DNA of 64,000 bases, from NCBI GenBank assembly GCA_963665115.1, contig OY762007.1, positions 6,464,001-6,528,000 of the forward strand, written 5' to 3'. The notes below the pieces were generated by a model that made no database searches, was not told the origin of the DNA, and saw nothing but the letters and a program-made list of their open reading frames with translations. The position numbers and the translations under genes were made by a program. This DNA is from an uncultured Rivularia sp. (GTDB lineage Bacteria > Cyanobacteriota > Cyanobacteriia > Cyanobacteriales > Nostocaceae). Positions 42,525 to 53,757 of the stretch are shown in pieces; within the stretch, counting starts at the first letter, position 1; every line of letters begins with the position of its first letter.

Positions 42525-44408
42525 TCAGCTAGAAATAAAACTCATATCATTACCAGAATTAACAAACTGCTGATTATAAGTACTTAGCGCTGACTCATCA
42601 AAATCTTCCGTCAATGGTTGGAAAATCTCACCCATTTTACCCATCACAGAATCAACCAGCATATTAGCACTTTGTTTAACGCCAATTCCCATTGCGATAG
42701 TTTCTAATTCACCCAATAAATCATCGGCAATTTCGGCTGATTTATCAACAACAACCGACCAATTCCCATTACCAATCACGATACTATTATCGGTATAAAC
42801 TCGGTTTCCGTTTCCAATTACTGTATTGTTATTACCGAAATCCCAGTTACCGTTACCAATAGTTGTATTGTTATCTCCAAAGTTCCAATTACCATTACCA
42901 AGAGTTGTATTGTCACTGCTAGAATCCCAATACCAGTTACCGTTACCAACTGTTTTATTATCAGCAGTAAAATCTAAATGCCAGTTACCATTTCCAACGG
43001 TTGAATTGTTACTTGTACCATCCCAATTCCAGTTAGCGTTACCAATAGTTGCATTTAAACTACCATAATTCCAGTTGGCATTACCGATAACTGCATTATC
43101 ACAACCAAAGTCTTGATTTCCGTTACCAATCGGAATCTCTCCTTCAGGTGTGCTAAATACATTTTCGTTTCCATTGAATGGCAATAAACCATCCAAAGCA
43201 ACATTTAAAATATCAAAGGGGATTTCTTCAGCTAGTGTACCTTCACCAAAAGGATTATATTCACCGCTAGAAAAGGGATTATCATCACCAACTAATCCTT
43301 GAAAAGAGTTTGCGGAATTATTGAAGCTGAACATATCATTACGAAACAGCGTCAACAAGTCATTTGGTGTTTGTAAAGGTGTTTCGTTACCTGCAAAAAC
43401 TTCTGAAGAATTAAGATTTTCGTTAAATTTTAAAAGACTATTTCTAACAGCTTTTAAAGTTTCACTAGTTGACTGACTGGGTATGGAGCTATAACCATCA
43501 TCACCTTCACTAGCGTTGAGGAATGGTAAATCTTCACCGAAAATCATTCCTAACATATCAAAGGATGGTGAAGATTCCCCATTATCATTTTCAGCAAAAG
43601 GATTTTCACCTTCTCCACCAGCGAAAGGATTTTCACCTTCTCCACCAGCGAATGGATTTGCACCTTCTCCACCAGCAAAAGGATTTTCACCTTCTTTACC
43701 AGCGAATGGATTTTCACCTTCTCCACCAGCGAAAGGATTTGCACCTTCTCCACCAACGAATGGATTCTCACTACTATCGGCTGTAGGATTGAAATCTTCT
43801 ACAACAGAATTTTCATTTTCGCTCTCTACTGTAGGATTAAAATCTTCTACAACAGAATTTTCATTTTCGCTCTCTACTGTAGGATTAAAATCTTCTACAA
43901 TAGGATTTTCTTCTTCACTATTAGTAGATGAATTTTCAACTTCACTATCTACAACAGGAATTTCATCTTCAACAGATTTAATATCATCTACAATATCTTG
44001 TGAAGGTAAAGGAGAATTTTCATAACCTTGTGGTGGAGTAAATTCTCCTTCCCCAAAGGGATTCTCACCATCAGCAAAAGGATTTTCTTCTGTAAAGGGA
44101 TTACCTGTTGATTCTTCTTCAGTTTCATCCAAAGGTAATCGATCGCGCAGTTTATCAAAAAGAGAATTAATTCTTTCGTCAACATTAGCTTTTGCTTCGG
44201 AAGTTAGCGACTCTTCCGTAGTTTCATCATCAATTATCCATTGTCCGTTACCGATAACAACATTGCCAATATTAAGAGCAGATTTTATTCCACCCTGCAA
44301 TATATTGTCACTAATTGAAAAAGAACTACTAGTACTGATTAATGAACCTGTAAAATCAATACCTTGGTCATTAATTTGATTAATTGAATTTGATTCAGCA
44401 GATTCCAT
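42525..44408 (-). CDS. Large acidic repeat protein (NPFAGGEG repeats and GNGNW beta-roll-like repeats), function unknown
   Basis: 627-aa open frame; AGGA upstream of the ATG; three repeat blocks. Confidence 0.8.
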   Translation of the reverse strand: MESAESNSINQINDQGIDFTGSLISTSSSFSISDNILQGGIKSALNIGNVVIGNGQWIIDDETTEESLTSEAKANVDERINSLFDKLRDRLPLDETEEESTGNPFTEENPFADGENPFGEGEFTPPQGYENSPLPSQDIVDDIKSVEDEIPVVDSEVENSSTNSEEENPIVEDFNPTVESENENSVVEDFNPTVESENENSVVEDFNPTADSSENPFVGGEGANPFAGGEGENPFAGKEGENPFAGGEGANPFAGGEGENPFAGGEGENPFAENDNGESSPSFDMLGMIFGEDLPFLNASEGDDGYSSIPSQSTSETLKAVRNSLLKFNENLNSSEVFAGNETPLQTPNDLLTLFRNDMFSFNNSANSFQGLVGDDNPFSSGEYNPFGEGTLAEEIPFDILNVALDGLLPFNGNENVFSTPEGEIPIGNGNQDFGCDNAVIGNANWNYGSLNATIGNANWNWDGTSNNSTVGNGNWHLDFTADNKTVGNGNWYWDSSSDNTTLGNGNWNFGDNNTTIGNGNWDFGNNNTVIGNGNRVYTDNSIVIGNGNWSVVVDKSAEIADDLLGELETIAMGIGVKQSANMLVDSVMGKMGEIFQPLTEDFDESALSTYNQQFVNSGNDMSFISS

Positions 44409-44786
44409 TTATTATTATTCCTGTAAAAGTAAAATAACGTTATTTCTATAAAATATAGTAATCCGATATCATTAATAAGTATTTAAAGTTTTGAATAATT
44501 CGGTTATTTTTAATAAGATTAATTTGTTATTATTCTAACCTATCTATCACTATTAAATACAATTATTGCCCTTAATTAATATCTATAAAAAATGTAGAGA
44601 CGTAGCAATACCGCGCCTCTACAGTGCGACTATGAGCAACAAAATGTTGGTAAAGAATTGATTTACTTTCAATTATGATTCTTCATTACTCAGCATGGTC
44701 AAAGAATCAAATTATTTTCAATCGGCATCATATAGTTACCTAAATCTGAATTCAATTCTGAGAAAAGATTAAAATCAGAGGATCGA

Positions 44787-45449
44787 TTAAGCGCCGAAAC
44801 CACCACCACCGAATGATGGCATTCCGCCGCCACCGAATGGGCTTCCACCGCCACCCATGTCGCCGCCGCCAAATGGGTTTCCGCCGCCACCCATGTCGCC
44901 ACCGCCAAATGGGTTTCCGCCGCCACCCATGTCGCCGCTGCCAAATGGGTTTCCGCCGCCACCCATGTCGCCGCTGCCAAATGGGTTTCCGCCGTCACCC
45001 ATGTCGCCACCGCCAAATGGGTTTCCGCCGTCACCCATGTCGCCACCGCCAAATGGATTACCGCCGCCACCCATGTCGCCACCGCCGAATGGATTGCCGC
45101 CGCCACCCATGTCGCCACCGCCAAATGGATTACCGCCGCCACCCATGTCGCCGCCGCCGAAATCGCTGCCGAAACTACTCTCAGTAGGGTTTACACCACC
45201 AGCGAATATATTCCAGAAATTATCTCCAGCAAAAGGATTGCCGTTATAAGGTAATTCACTCATATCCATATCAGATGGAGGACCACCTTCACCACTGCCA
45301 CCGAAAGGATTTCCACCACCCTCAGAATCGCCGCTACTAAGACCGCCGAATATATCTTCAATTCCTATATTTTCTCCATCTGCACCTTGTATCTCAAGTA
45401 GACGAGAAAACGGACCGATATTCGGTTGACTGTTCATATCTTCTTCCAT
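44787..45449 (-). CDS. Gly-rich repeat protein (GGGDMGGGGNPF x9), function unknown
   Basis: AGGAG RBS before ATG 45449; 36-bp repeats whose variation is mostly synonymous in this frame. Confidence 0.8.
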   Translation of the reverse strand: MEEDMNSQPNIGPFSRLLEIQGADGENIGIEDIFGGLSSGDSEGGGNPFGGSGEGGPPSDMDMSELPYNGNPFAGDNFWNIFAGGVNPTESSFGSDFGGGDMGGGGNPFGGGDMGGGGNPFGGGDMGGGGNPFGGGDMGDGGNPFGGGDMGDGGNPFGSGDMGGGGNPFGSGDMGGGGNPFGGGDMGGGGNPFGGGDMGGGGSPFGGGGMPSFGGGGFGA

Positions 45450-46063
45450 TACAGATAATTCTCCTATGTTGGGACTTGTTTCAATTAAATTAAGAAACAA
45501 ATTATTGAATGTTTCCTAATTTGTTAGAAAGCTAATTTTTTGACCATTTACGAACAAAAATGCTTGATTTAATAAAAGTAAGCTACCTTGATGAATATCT
45601 AAATCTTATTTTAATAATGAAGATGCTGTTCGTATAAAAAACAATAATTTAGATACTTCTTTGCCATCAATTGGATACTCTTTATCTAACATCTACACAC
45701 TAGGCTAATTGATTTATATGTTAAATACTATGAAGAATATTTTGATGATCCTTTCGTTTCTTTAGATATTTTTTTTGATACACAAGCTCAGAAATTATAT
45801 AAAACTTATACCTATCTATAATTATTCGATTAATAAAAATAAAATCTTATGTTTGTTTAGTAAAATAGAAGTACAGCAAATTACAAATAATTTATTTGAT
45901 TTAAATCTAGGCTAAATTAAATTTATGAAAAATATAGTTATTAGGTCAAAGGTCAAGGGTTAAAGGTCAAAGGTCAAAGGTTAAAGGTCAAAGGTTAAAG
46001 GTTAAAGGTTAAAGGTAATAATTTCTGAGTCCCAATGACCAATGCCCCATCCCTAATAATTTT

Positions 46064-47173
46064 TTACTTCAAAAATTCAGCAAGCTGTTCTAATTTTGTC
46101 CAAGCTTCACCGCTTTTTAAAACGTCTTGAGCAATAGCTACACCTTTAGTACAACGTTCTAAAATATCTTTTCCATCATCAATAGCTTCGCCAACTTCTA
46201 GAGCTAATGCTGTATTTAAAGCAACTACATCTTGTTGAGCTTGAGTGCCTTTTCCTTGTAATACAGCTTGCAAAATATCGGCGTTTTCTTTGACTTCTCC
46301 ACCTTTTAAAGCTGCGATTGGTGCGGGAGTTAAGCCTAATTTTTCTGCCGTCAATTCCAATAATTTGACTTGTCCATTCTCGGCGTTAAGCGAAGCTCTA
46401 CCGAAGGTAATCGCCACATCATTAATATCACCCAAACCCCCTTCATCTAACCTTTCTCGTCCGTGAATGACAATTCCCCGACGAATTCCTAATTGAGATA
46501 AAGCTTGAGCCATTGTTTGCACTAAAAACGGATCGGATACACCGATAACTTGTCCTGTCGGATTCATCGGGTTTACCAAAGGACCAAGCAAGTTAAAAAT
46601 AGTACGTATTTTGAGAGTTTTTCGCAAAGGAGCGACAGGCTTCAAAGCCGGATGCCAACCTGGTGCAAACAAAAATGTTACGCCAATTTCATCAACCGCA
46701 GACCGCACTTTTTTCGGATCTGCTTGTAAATTTATACCTAAAGCTTCCAGTACGTCAGCGGAACCCGTTTTACTAGAAGCAGAACGATTGCCGTGTTTAG
46801 CAACCTTTACTCCCGCAGCAGCAGCAACAAAAGCAACCGCTGTGGAAATATTGAAAGTTGAAGCACCATCTCCACCAGTTCCGCAGGTATCTATCAATGG
46901 GAACTCAGATTGTTGATTCTCGATTCCTCCCAAAGACTGAGATTGCAAAACTTGAGCCATACCGACTAATTCTTCGGAGGAAACTCCTTTAGCTTGAATT
47001 GCAGTCAAAATCCCACCAGAAAGGACTGAAGGAATTTCATCGTTTAGCCATCCTTCTATTAATTCAGTCGCTTGATCGACGCTGAGAGATTCTTTATCTA
47101 GCAGCTGTTGGAGTAAAGTAGACCATCGAGAAGTATCGGCAGCTTGGGAATTGTTAAGTGGGGTTTGAGTCAT
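46064..47173 (-). CDS. trpD: Anthranilate phosphoribosyltransferase
   Basis: [35 protein letters not shown]. Confidence 0.96.
   Translation of the reverse strand: MTQTPLNNSQAADTSRWSTLLQQLLDKESLSVDQATELIEGWLNDEIPSVLSGGILTAIQAKGVSSEELVGMAQVLQSQSLGGIENQQSEFPLIDTCGTGGDGASTFNISTAVAFVAAAAGVKVAKHGNRSASSKTGSADVLEALGINLQADPKKVRSAVDEIGVTFLFAPGWHPALKPVAPLRKTLKIRTIFNLLGPLVNPMNPTGQVIGVSDPFLVQTMAQALSQLGIRRGIVIHGRERLDEGGLGDINDVAITFGRASLNAENGQVKLLELTAEKLGLTPAPIAALKGGEVKENADILQAVLQGKGTQAQQDVVALNTALALEVGEAIDDGKDILERCTKGVAIAQDVLKSGEAWTKLEQLAEFLK
46386..46409. mobile_element. 24-bp SDR5-like insertion into a HIP1 site inside trpD
   Basis: GCG|TTAAGCGAAGCTCTACCGAAGGTA|ATCGC; excision restores GCGATCGC. Confidence 0.7.
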
Positions 47174-47343
47174 GAGATTTTAGATTTTAAATTTTGGATT
47201 TTGGATTGAAAATTCGTTGAAAAACAAAGCGTTGCTAAAAAATATTGATAAATTTGTTTTTTGCTGTCAATTCAAGGTTCGTAGTAAAGACTTTAGTCCT
47301 AATATCTGAGCGATAAATCGCTTACTACGAACCAAGGATTTAC

Positions 47344-48581
47344 CTAAAGATTAATTACTTTAGCTACGGTTTGCACGTCTTTGTCACCTCTACCGGAACA
47401 GTTTATAACTAATTTAGGACTGCCATTTAATTGAGGACAAAGTGTTTCGAGATAAGCAAAAGCATGAGCGGTTTCTAATGCTGGAATAATTCCTTCTAAT
47501 TCCGAAACTTTTCTAAATGCTGCTAAAGCTTCCTCATCGGTAACGCTATAGTATTCGGCGCGATTCATATCTTTGAGAAAACTATGTTCTGGCCCAACTC
47601 CGGGATAGTCCAAACCGGCACTAATTGAATGCGCTTCGATAACTTGTCCGTCGTTGTCTTGCAACAAATAACTCATCGCACCATGCAATACTCCGACTCT
47701 TCCTTTGGTCAAAGTTGCGGCGTGTTTTTCGGTTCCGACACCTTCACCGGCTGCTTCGACTCCAATTAAACGCACGGATTCGTCGTTAACAAATTCGTGA
47801 AACAGTCCCATTGCATTGGAACCACCACCAACGCAAGCTAAAAGAATATCTGGCAATCCTCCCCACTTTTCTTCGCATTGATTGCGAGTTTCTGTACCGA
47901 TGATGGCGTGATAATCGCGTACCAACATTGGGTAAGGATGAGGCCCCCCGCAACGGAACCTAAAATATAGTGTGTTGTTTCTACATTTGTTACCCAATCG
48001 CGGATTGCTTCGGAAGTAGCATCTTTTAAAGTTCCGGTTCCTGCTTCTACCGGACTAACTTCTGCTCCCATCAACCGCATCCGAAATACATTAAGTGCTT
48101 GTCTTTCCATGTCGTGAATGCCCATGAAAATTACGCATTTCAAACCAAAGCGAGCGCAAGCAGTAGCGGTTGCAACACCGTGTTGACCGGCTCCAGTTTC
48201 AGCAATAATTCTTTGCTTACCCATGCGTTTGGCTAACAACACTTGAGCTAAAGCATTATTAATTTTATGAGCGCCGGTATGATTTAAATCTTCACGTTTT
48301 AAGTAGATTTGCGCTCCCGTACCATCAGGTTTAGCGTAATGTTCCGTCAAACGTTCTGCAAAATATAGGGGGCTAGGTCTTCCCACATAATCCCGTAATA
48401 AACCATCTAATTCAGCTTTGAAATCTGGATCTTCACGATACTTAGCATAAGCAGTTTCCAATTCAAGCAAAGCTGGCATTAAAGTTTCGGGAACGTACTT
48501 TCCACCGAATTTTCCGAATCTTCCCAAACTATCGGGACGAGCAACTGATGATTTAGTATTGATGTCTGGAGTGCTGACCAT
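47344..48581 (-). CDS. trpB: Tryptophan synthase beta subunit (frameshift at 47944-47949)
   Basis: [46 protein letters not shown]. Confidence 0.95.
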
Positions 48582-48709
48582 GTTTTAATCCTTTTAGTAA
48601 TTTGAAAATTGTGAATTGAGAATTGGTAATTGGTAATTGGTAATTGGGGGTAGAATTTTTAATCCAAAATCTAAAATCCCTTAATTCCTAACTCCTAACT
48701 CCTAACTGT

Positions 48710-48802
48710 TCACTGTTCACTGTTCACTGCTAACTGTCTGCGAGAGACTGCGAGTAGTGCAGCAAAACTTGTGAAAGCCAATATGGAAGTAGGTTCTGGT
48801 AC
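48710..48802 (-). pseudogene. Relic PEP-CTERM tail of a deleted gene
   Basis: VPEPTSILAFTSFAALLAVSRRQ, preceded by an in-frame stop. Confidence 0.65.
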
Positions 48803-48867
48803 TTATCGAGAGACAAAGAGAATTTTAACCTTTGACCTTTGACCTTTAACCTCTAACCTTTGACCTT

Positions 48868-49684
48868 TTAACTTTTAACTAACTGCTCGCTAGAAATTGC
48901 AGCTTTAAGTTCTTTGCAAAGTTCTTCGAGTGCTTGCAATCCTTCTTCAGGGGTACCGTTTGCTAATCGTTTTACAAATGCACTACCAACGATTACCGCA
49001 TCAGCTCCCCAGTCTTTAGCTTGAGTTGCTTGATCTGTACCGGAAATACCGAAACCAAGACCAATTGCCTTGTCAGTTGTACCGCGCAAATCTTGCAATA
49101 AGTCTTTGACTCGACCTTCTAAACTAGTACGTACACCAGTAACGCCGGTAACACTCACAAGGTAGATAAAACCCTGAGATTGCTTGGCGATCGCGCTGAT
49201 TCTATCTTTAGAACTGGTAGGAGCCACGAGCAAAGTTAGTTCAATTCCAAATTCTTGGGCTGACTGGATCAAATTTTCAGCTTCTTCCAATGGTAAATCG
49301 GGAACTACTAACCCTTTCACACCAACTTCAGCAACTTTTGCTAAAAACTCTTTAATCCCTAAATTCAAAATGGGATTGTAATAAGTAAATAGAATAATTG
49401 GCGCTTGTAATTGGGGAGTTAATGTCTTCAACATCTGTAAAACATCATCCAGCTTCGTACCCTTTGCCAAAGCACGAGTCGCAGCAGCTTGAATTACCGG
49501 GCCCATCTGCTAAAGGATCGGAATAAGGAACCCCCAATTCAATAAAGCTAGCACCATTTTTATCCAAAATTTTCAGTGCTGCTTCAGTAGTTTCTAAATC
49601 CGGATCTCCCGCAGTAATAAACGGAATTAAAGCGCAAGTATTGGATTTTTTTAATTCTTCAAAACGTTGAGATATTGCAGTCAT
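48868..49684 (-). CDS. trpA: Tryptophan synthase alpha subunit (frameshift at 49499-49501)
   Basis: [20 protein letters not shown][P]VIQ, YYNP, VPDLP, GVTG, GFGIS. Confidence 0.95.
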
Positions 49685-49797
49685 TTTATTGGTTGTTAGT
49701 TGATAGTTGTTAGTAAGGTTAAAGGTCAAAGGTCAAAGGTTAAAGGTTAAAATTCTCCTTGTCTCCCCATCTCCCCATCTCCCCATCTCCCCACCAC

Positions 49798-50643
49798 TTA
49801 CCCAAGCAGCCGACGCACCGCTTCTTCCACGTCGGGTTGTTTAACTAAGGATTCTCCTACTAAAACGGCACGAGCGCCAGCTTTATTAACGAATTTCAAA
49901 TCATCGGGTGTGTATATACCTGATTCGCCGATCGCGGTAATCCCAAAGCTTTGTAATTGCGACTTTCTTTGAGCAATCAATTTTTCGGTATTAGCTAAAT
50001 TTACGGTAAAATTCTTAAGATTACGATTATTAATCCCTACTAACTTTACGTCAGGAAGTCTTAACACTCTATCCAATTCTGAAGCGGTATGGACTTCTAC
50101 TAAAGCTGTCATCTTCAAGCTGTGAATTACCCGTAAAAAGTCTTTCAACTGTACGTTAGATAAAATAGCTGCAATTAATAGTACCGCATCAGCGCCCGCA
50201 GTTCTAGCTAAATATATTTGATATAAATCGATAATAAATTCTTTGCATAATAGCGGTAATTCTACGCTTTTTCTAACTTTACGTAGGTTGTCAAAACTAC
50301 CTTGAAAAAACTTAGTATCGGTAAGAACTGAAAGGCAAGCAGCCCCGCCTCTTTCATATGCTTGAGCTATGTTTACAGGATCGAAATCTTCCCGAATAAT
50401 TCCTTTACTAGGTGATGCTTTTTTAACTTCGGCAATCAAACTAGGATGCTGGGAATTATCTTTCAAAGCCTTTAAAAAATCCCGTACAGGGGGCGCATCT
50501 TTTAGTTTTTCCTGTACCTCAGCTAAAGGAGTTTCAAATCGCATTTGAGCAACTTCTTGCCTTTTATGCAAGACAATTTCCTCAAGTATGTGTCGGGGCT
50601 TAGTTAGCATATTTATTTTATTGATAGTTGTCACATTATTCAT
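49798..50643 (-). CDS. trpC: Indole-3-glycerol phosphate synthase
   Basis: [34 protein letters not shown]. Confidence 0.96.
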   Translation of the reverse strand: MNNVTTINKINMLTKPRHILEEIVLHKRQEVAQMRFETPLAEVQEKLKDAPPVRDFLKALKDNSQHPSLIAEVKKASPSKGIIREDFDPVNIAQAYERGGAACLSVLTDTKFFQGSFDNLRKVRKSVELPLLCKEFIIDLYQIYLARTAGADAVLLIAAILSNVQLKDFLRVIHSLKMTALVEVHTASELDRVLRLPDVKLVGINNRNLKNFTVNLANTEKLIAQRKSQLQSFGITAIGESGIYTPDDLKFVNKAGARAVLVGESLVKQPDVEEAVRRLLG

Positions 50644-50704
50644 AGTATTACTTTGTAAGAAGAACTAATACGAGCCGATTATTTTTATTGCTTATTGCTA
50701 AGAA

Positions 50705-50843
50705 TTACTTACCGATGCAATAGCGACGTTTATGCAATAGTAAACCAGTACCAATTCTTTCTATAGCAAATATCTATAGCAAATATTGTCTTGGTATTCC
50801 CCGCTTCGGGAACCTTTTGAGGTACTGTAGATGATTTGTTTTG
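50705..50843 (-). pseudogene. Second relic PEP-CTERM-like tail, broken by a 13-bp duplication
   Basis: STVPQKVPEAGNTKTIFAI[dup TCTATAGCAAATA]ERIGTGLLLHKRRY. Confidence 0.5.
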
Positions 50844-50967
50844 CTAAAAACTTGTTACCAGGTATCAGTCAATAGTTATCAACAAGCAGTGGTTGTTAAT
50901 TTGTTCTGAAATTCAAACTCTAAAACAAATTCTTAACTGGTAACTGCTCACTGATAACTGCTCACTG

Positions 50968-53176
50968 CTAACTGTTCACTGTTAAAATTTCCGAGTCTCC
51001 CGACTTAGTGTATTTGTAAACAACGTTTTTAATCATCGCCAAACCAACTTCTCCCACTAAACTCATGATTGATTCTGGGTGAAACTGTACGGCTGAAATT
51101 GGCAATGTTTTATGTTCGATCGCCATAATTACATCGTCTTCAGACATTGCCGTAATTTTCAAATCTTGAGGAAACTTTTCGGGTAATGCATATAAAGAAT
51201 GATATCTACCAACGGTAAAAGATTCGGGCAAGTCTTTAAACACAACCGAATTAGATTCGGTAACGTTGATCTTTGAAGGTTTACCGTGTTGCGGATAATC
51301 TAAAACTCCTAATTCTCCACCGAAAGCTTCAACAATACCTTGCAATCCCAGACATACGCCAAAAACTGGAATATTACGACGCATACAAGCGGCAACGGAA
51401 GCTTGTACTTTAAAATCACTCGGTCTACCGGGACCAGGAGATAATACGACTAAATCTGGTTTTTCAGTATCAAAAATCTCTTCATCGAAACCGTGACGCA
51501 GTGTTTTGACATCAGCCCCGGTTTGACGCATATAATTCGCTAAGGTGTGAACAAAAGAGTCTTCATGATCGATTAATAAGATGCGTTTTCCCGATTCTAC
51601 GTTGGGAATACTAGCACTCAAAGAATTTGATTTACTATCAATTGCTTTTGCTTTCTCCCCAGCGCGGCGAATTGTCTCAAAAGCAGCGGCAGCTTTGGTT
51701 AAGGTTTCTTGTTCTTCGGCTGCGGGGATAGAGTCATACAATACTGTTGCGCCAACTCGAACTTCTGCAACTGAATCTTTGAGTCGAATTGTCCGCAAAA
51801 CCAAGCCAGTATTCAAATTACCGTTAAAGTTTAACCAGCCTACTGCTCCACCATACCAGCGTCTGGGGGTGCGTTCGTGCTTTTCGAGATACTCAATTGC
51901 TGATTTCTTCGGTGCGCCTGTTACCGTCACTGCCCAAGTATGAGTCAAAAATGCATCTAAAGCGTCAAACTCAGGTCTTAGCGTACCTTCTACATGGTCT
52001 ACCGTATGGATTAAATGACTGTACATTTCAATTTGACGGCGACCGATTACCCGTACCGAACCAGGTTCGCAAACCCGCGATTTATCATTACGATCCACGT
52101 CGGTACACATGGTTAATTCCGATTCGTCTTTAAATGAATTAAGCAGCTGACGAATTTGCTTTTCATCATCCAAAGCATCTCTTCCCCGCGCAATGGTACC
52201 GCTAATCGGACAAGTTTCTACCCGTCTACCATCAACACGAACAAAGATTTCGGGAGAAGAGCCAATAATGTATTCCCCACCTAAATTAAATATAAAGCCG
52301 TAGGGACTGGGATTGATTTGCTGTAAAGTTGTGAATAATTCCGAAGGTGCAGTTTTACTTTCTATAGAAAAGTTTTGCGAAGGTACAACCTCAAATAAAT
52401 CTCCCCTGCGGAAATAATCAAGCGCACCTTCTACCTGTTTGGCATATTCACCCGGTTTATGATCGGATTTTTGAGTCGGGGGAGTAAGCCGCTTACCCCT
52501 ATAATCTATTGATTCACCAGTGCGAGGAAGATTGTCGGTACTATTTCCGCCTGTCTCAAATTCATAGCTCAGACGATAAGCGCGTTGTAAATAGTAGTCA
52601 ACAATTACCAACTCATCGGGTAAATACAGCAGCAAATCTCTTTGATCGTCCCGCACGCTGCAAACGCTGAGAAATCGGTTCAAATTGGAATACTAAATCG
52701 TAACCAAACGCACCATACAGCCCTAAATGTTCATCTTCATCGCTGTAAAAAGCCTGAAGAATATCCCGAATAACTGTAAAAGCTGAAGGTTGCTTACTGC
52801 GTTCTTCTTCAGTAAAAAATTGTTGCGATCGCTTGAGGGCACCAGTAATACTTTCTATATTATTATGAACTTCTGATAATTGCGGATGCTCGGATAAACG
52901 CCCCAACAGCATCGGCAAAAGAATCTTACCTCGTTCGTTCAGCGCCGTAATCGTAAAACCTTTATCTCGCGTCGCAACTTCCAGAGGTGGATTTACGAAT
53001 CCAATAGCCCATCTTTTATATCTTCCCGGATATTCGTAACTACTTTTGAGCAAACCCCCGCGCTTAGAGTCAAGGTGAAATAAAATATCTTCCAAGGCTG
53101 CGTCAATCTCTACATCCGTACCGGTGCGAGATACATTAACACCACCAGCAGTTGTATAAGTAAGATTTTCAATCAT
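50968..53176 (-). CDS. trpE: Fused anthranilate synthase TrpE(G) (frameshift at 52650-52652)
   Basis: [25 protein letters not shown]; GATase domain SPGPG, GVCLG, QFHPES. Confidence 0.95.
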
Positions 53177-53757
53177 GGGCTATCCCTCTGGAATAATTGC
53201 TGAGTTTGCGGTCAAAAAATCAAAATCAACATCTAGGCAAAAGCTATAAATGCATTCACCTTGATAGGTTTTCAGTTACAAGCTTCACGCATCCATATCG
53301 CGAAACCCAACTGCGATTAATTTATTTATTATATTGACTGTAGACTTTTAACTTAAGATTACTTCTAATTACAAGTAAATTACAAGACTTTCACTACAGT
53401 AAAATTGCTAAAAGGCAGTCCGGTTGAGATACTGTCTATTACCACGTAAGTTATTAATAAATTAGAAAAAACAAAATAAAGGCAGCTTGCCCCAACTCTT
53501 TTAAAACTTCTTACAACTTAAGCCTACTAGATATTGTGTTAGGCATACATGAACAATATTTCGATCGGTCTGTCCAATTTTTAGTTGTTACATAAGTTAA
53601 CTTTGCAAAAAACAAACTGCAAACTATCAGTATTATCGCTAGTATCAAAAGTATGAAAATGCATATATGTCTTCGGTTGGAGATGAGTGATAGGGACAAG
53701 GGGATTTTATTAAACCAACAACTAACTACTAATATTTTTGATTAATTTTAAGGAGTT

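Noticed and set aside
44830..45160. 36-bp tandem repeats as a CRISPR array
   Set aside because: No unique spacers; the unit is a multiple of 3 inside an RBS-led ORF; no cas genes.
44699..45249. Alternative-frame ORFs (HLAVATWVAA, RRHPCR and poly-Pro repeats)
   Set aside because: Shadows of the Gly-rich gene; only the GGGNPF frame has an RBS and mostly synonymous variation.
42525..45449. NPF repeat proteins as multi-core RiPP precursors
   Set aside because: No recognisable leader, protease, YcaO, radical SAM or transporter gene nearby. Not excluded, but unsupported.
53511..53699. 62-aa ORF with a hydrophobic stretch
   Set aside because: TTG start within repeat DNA and no motif; possibly a relic but unsupported.
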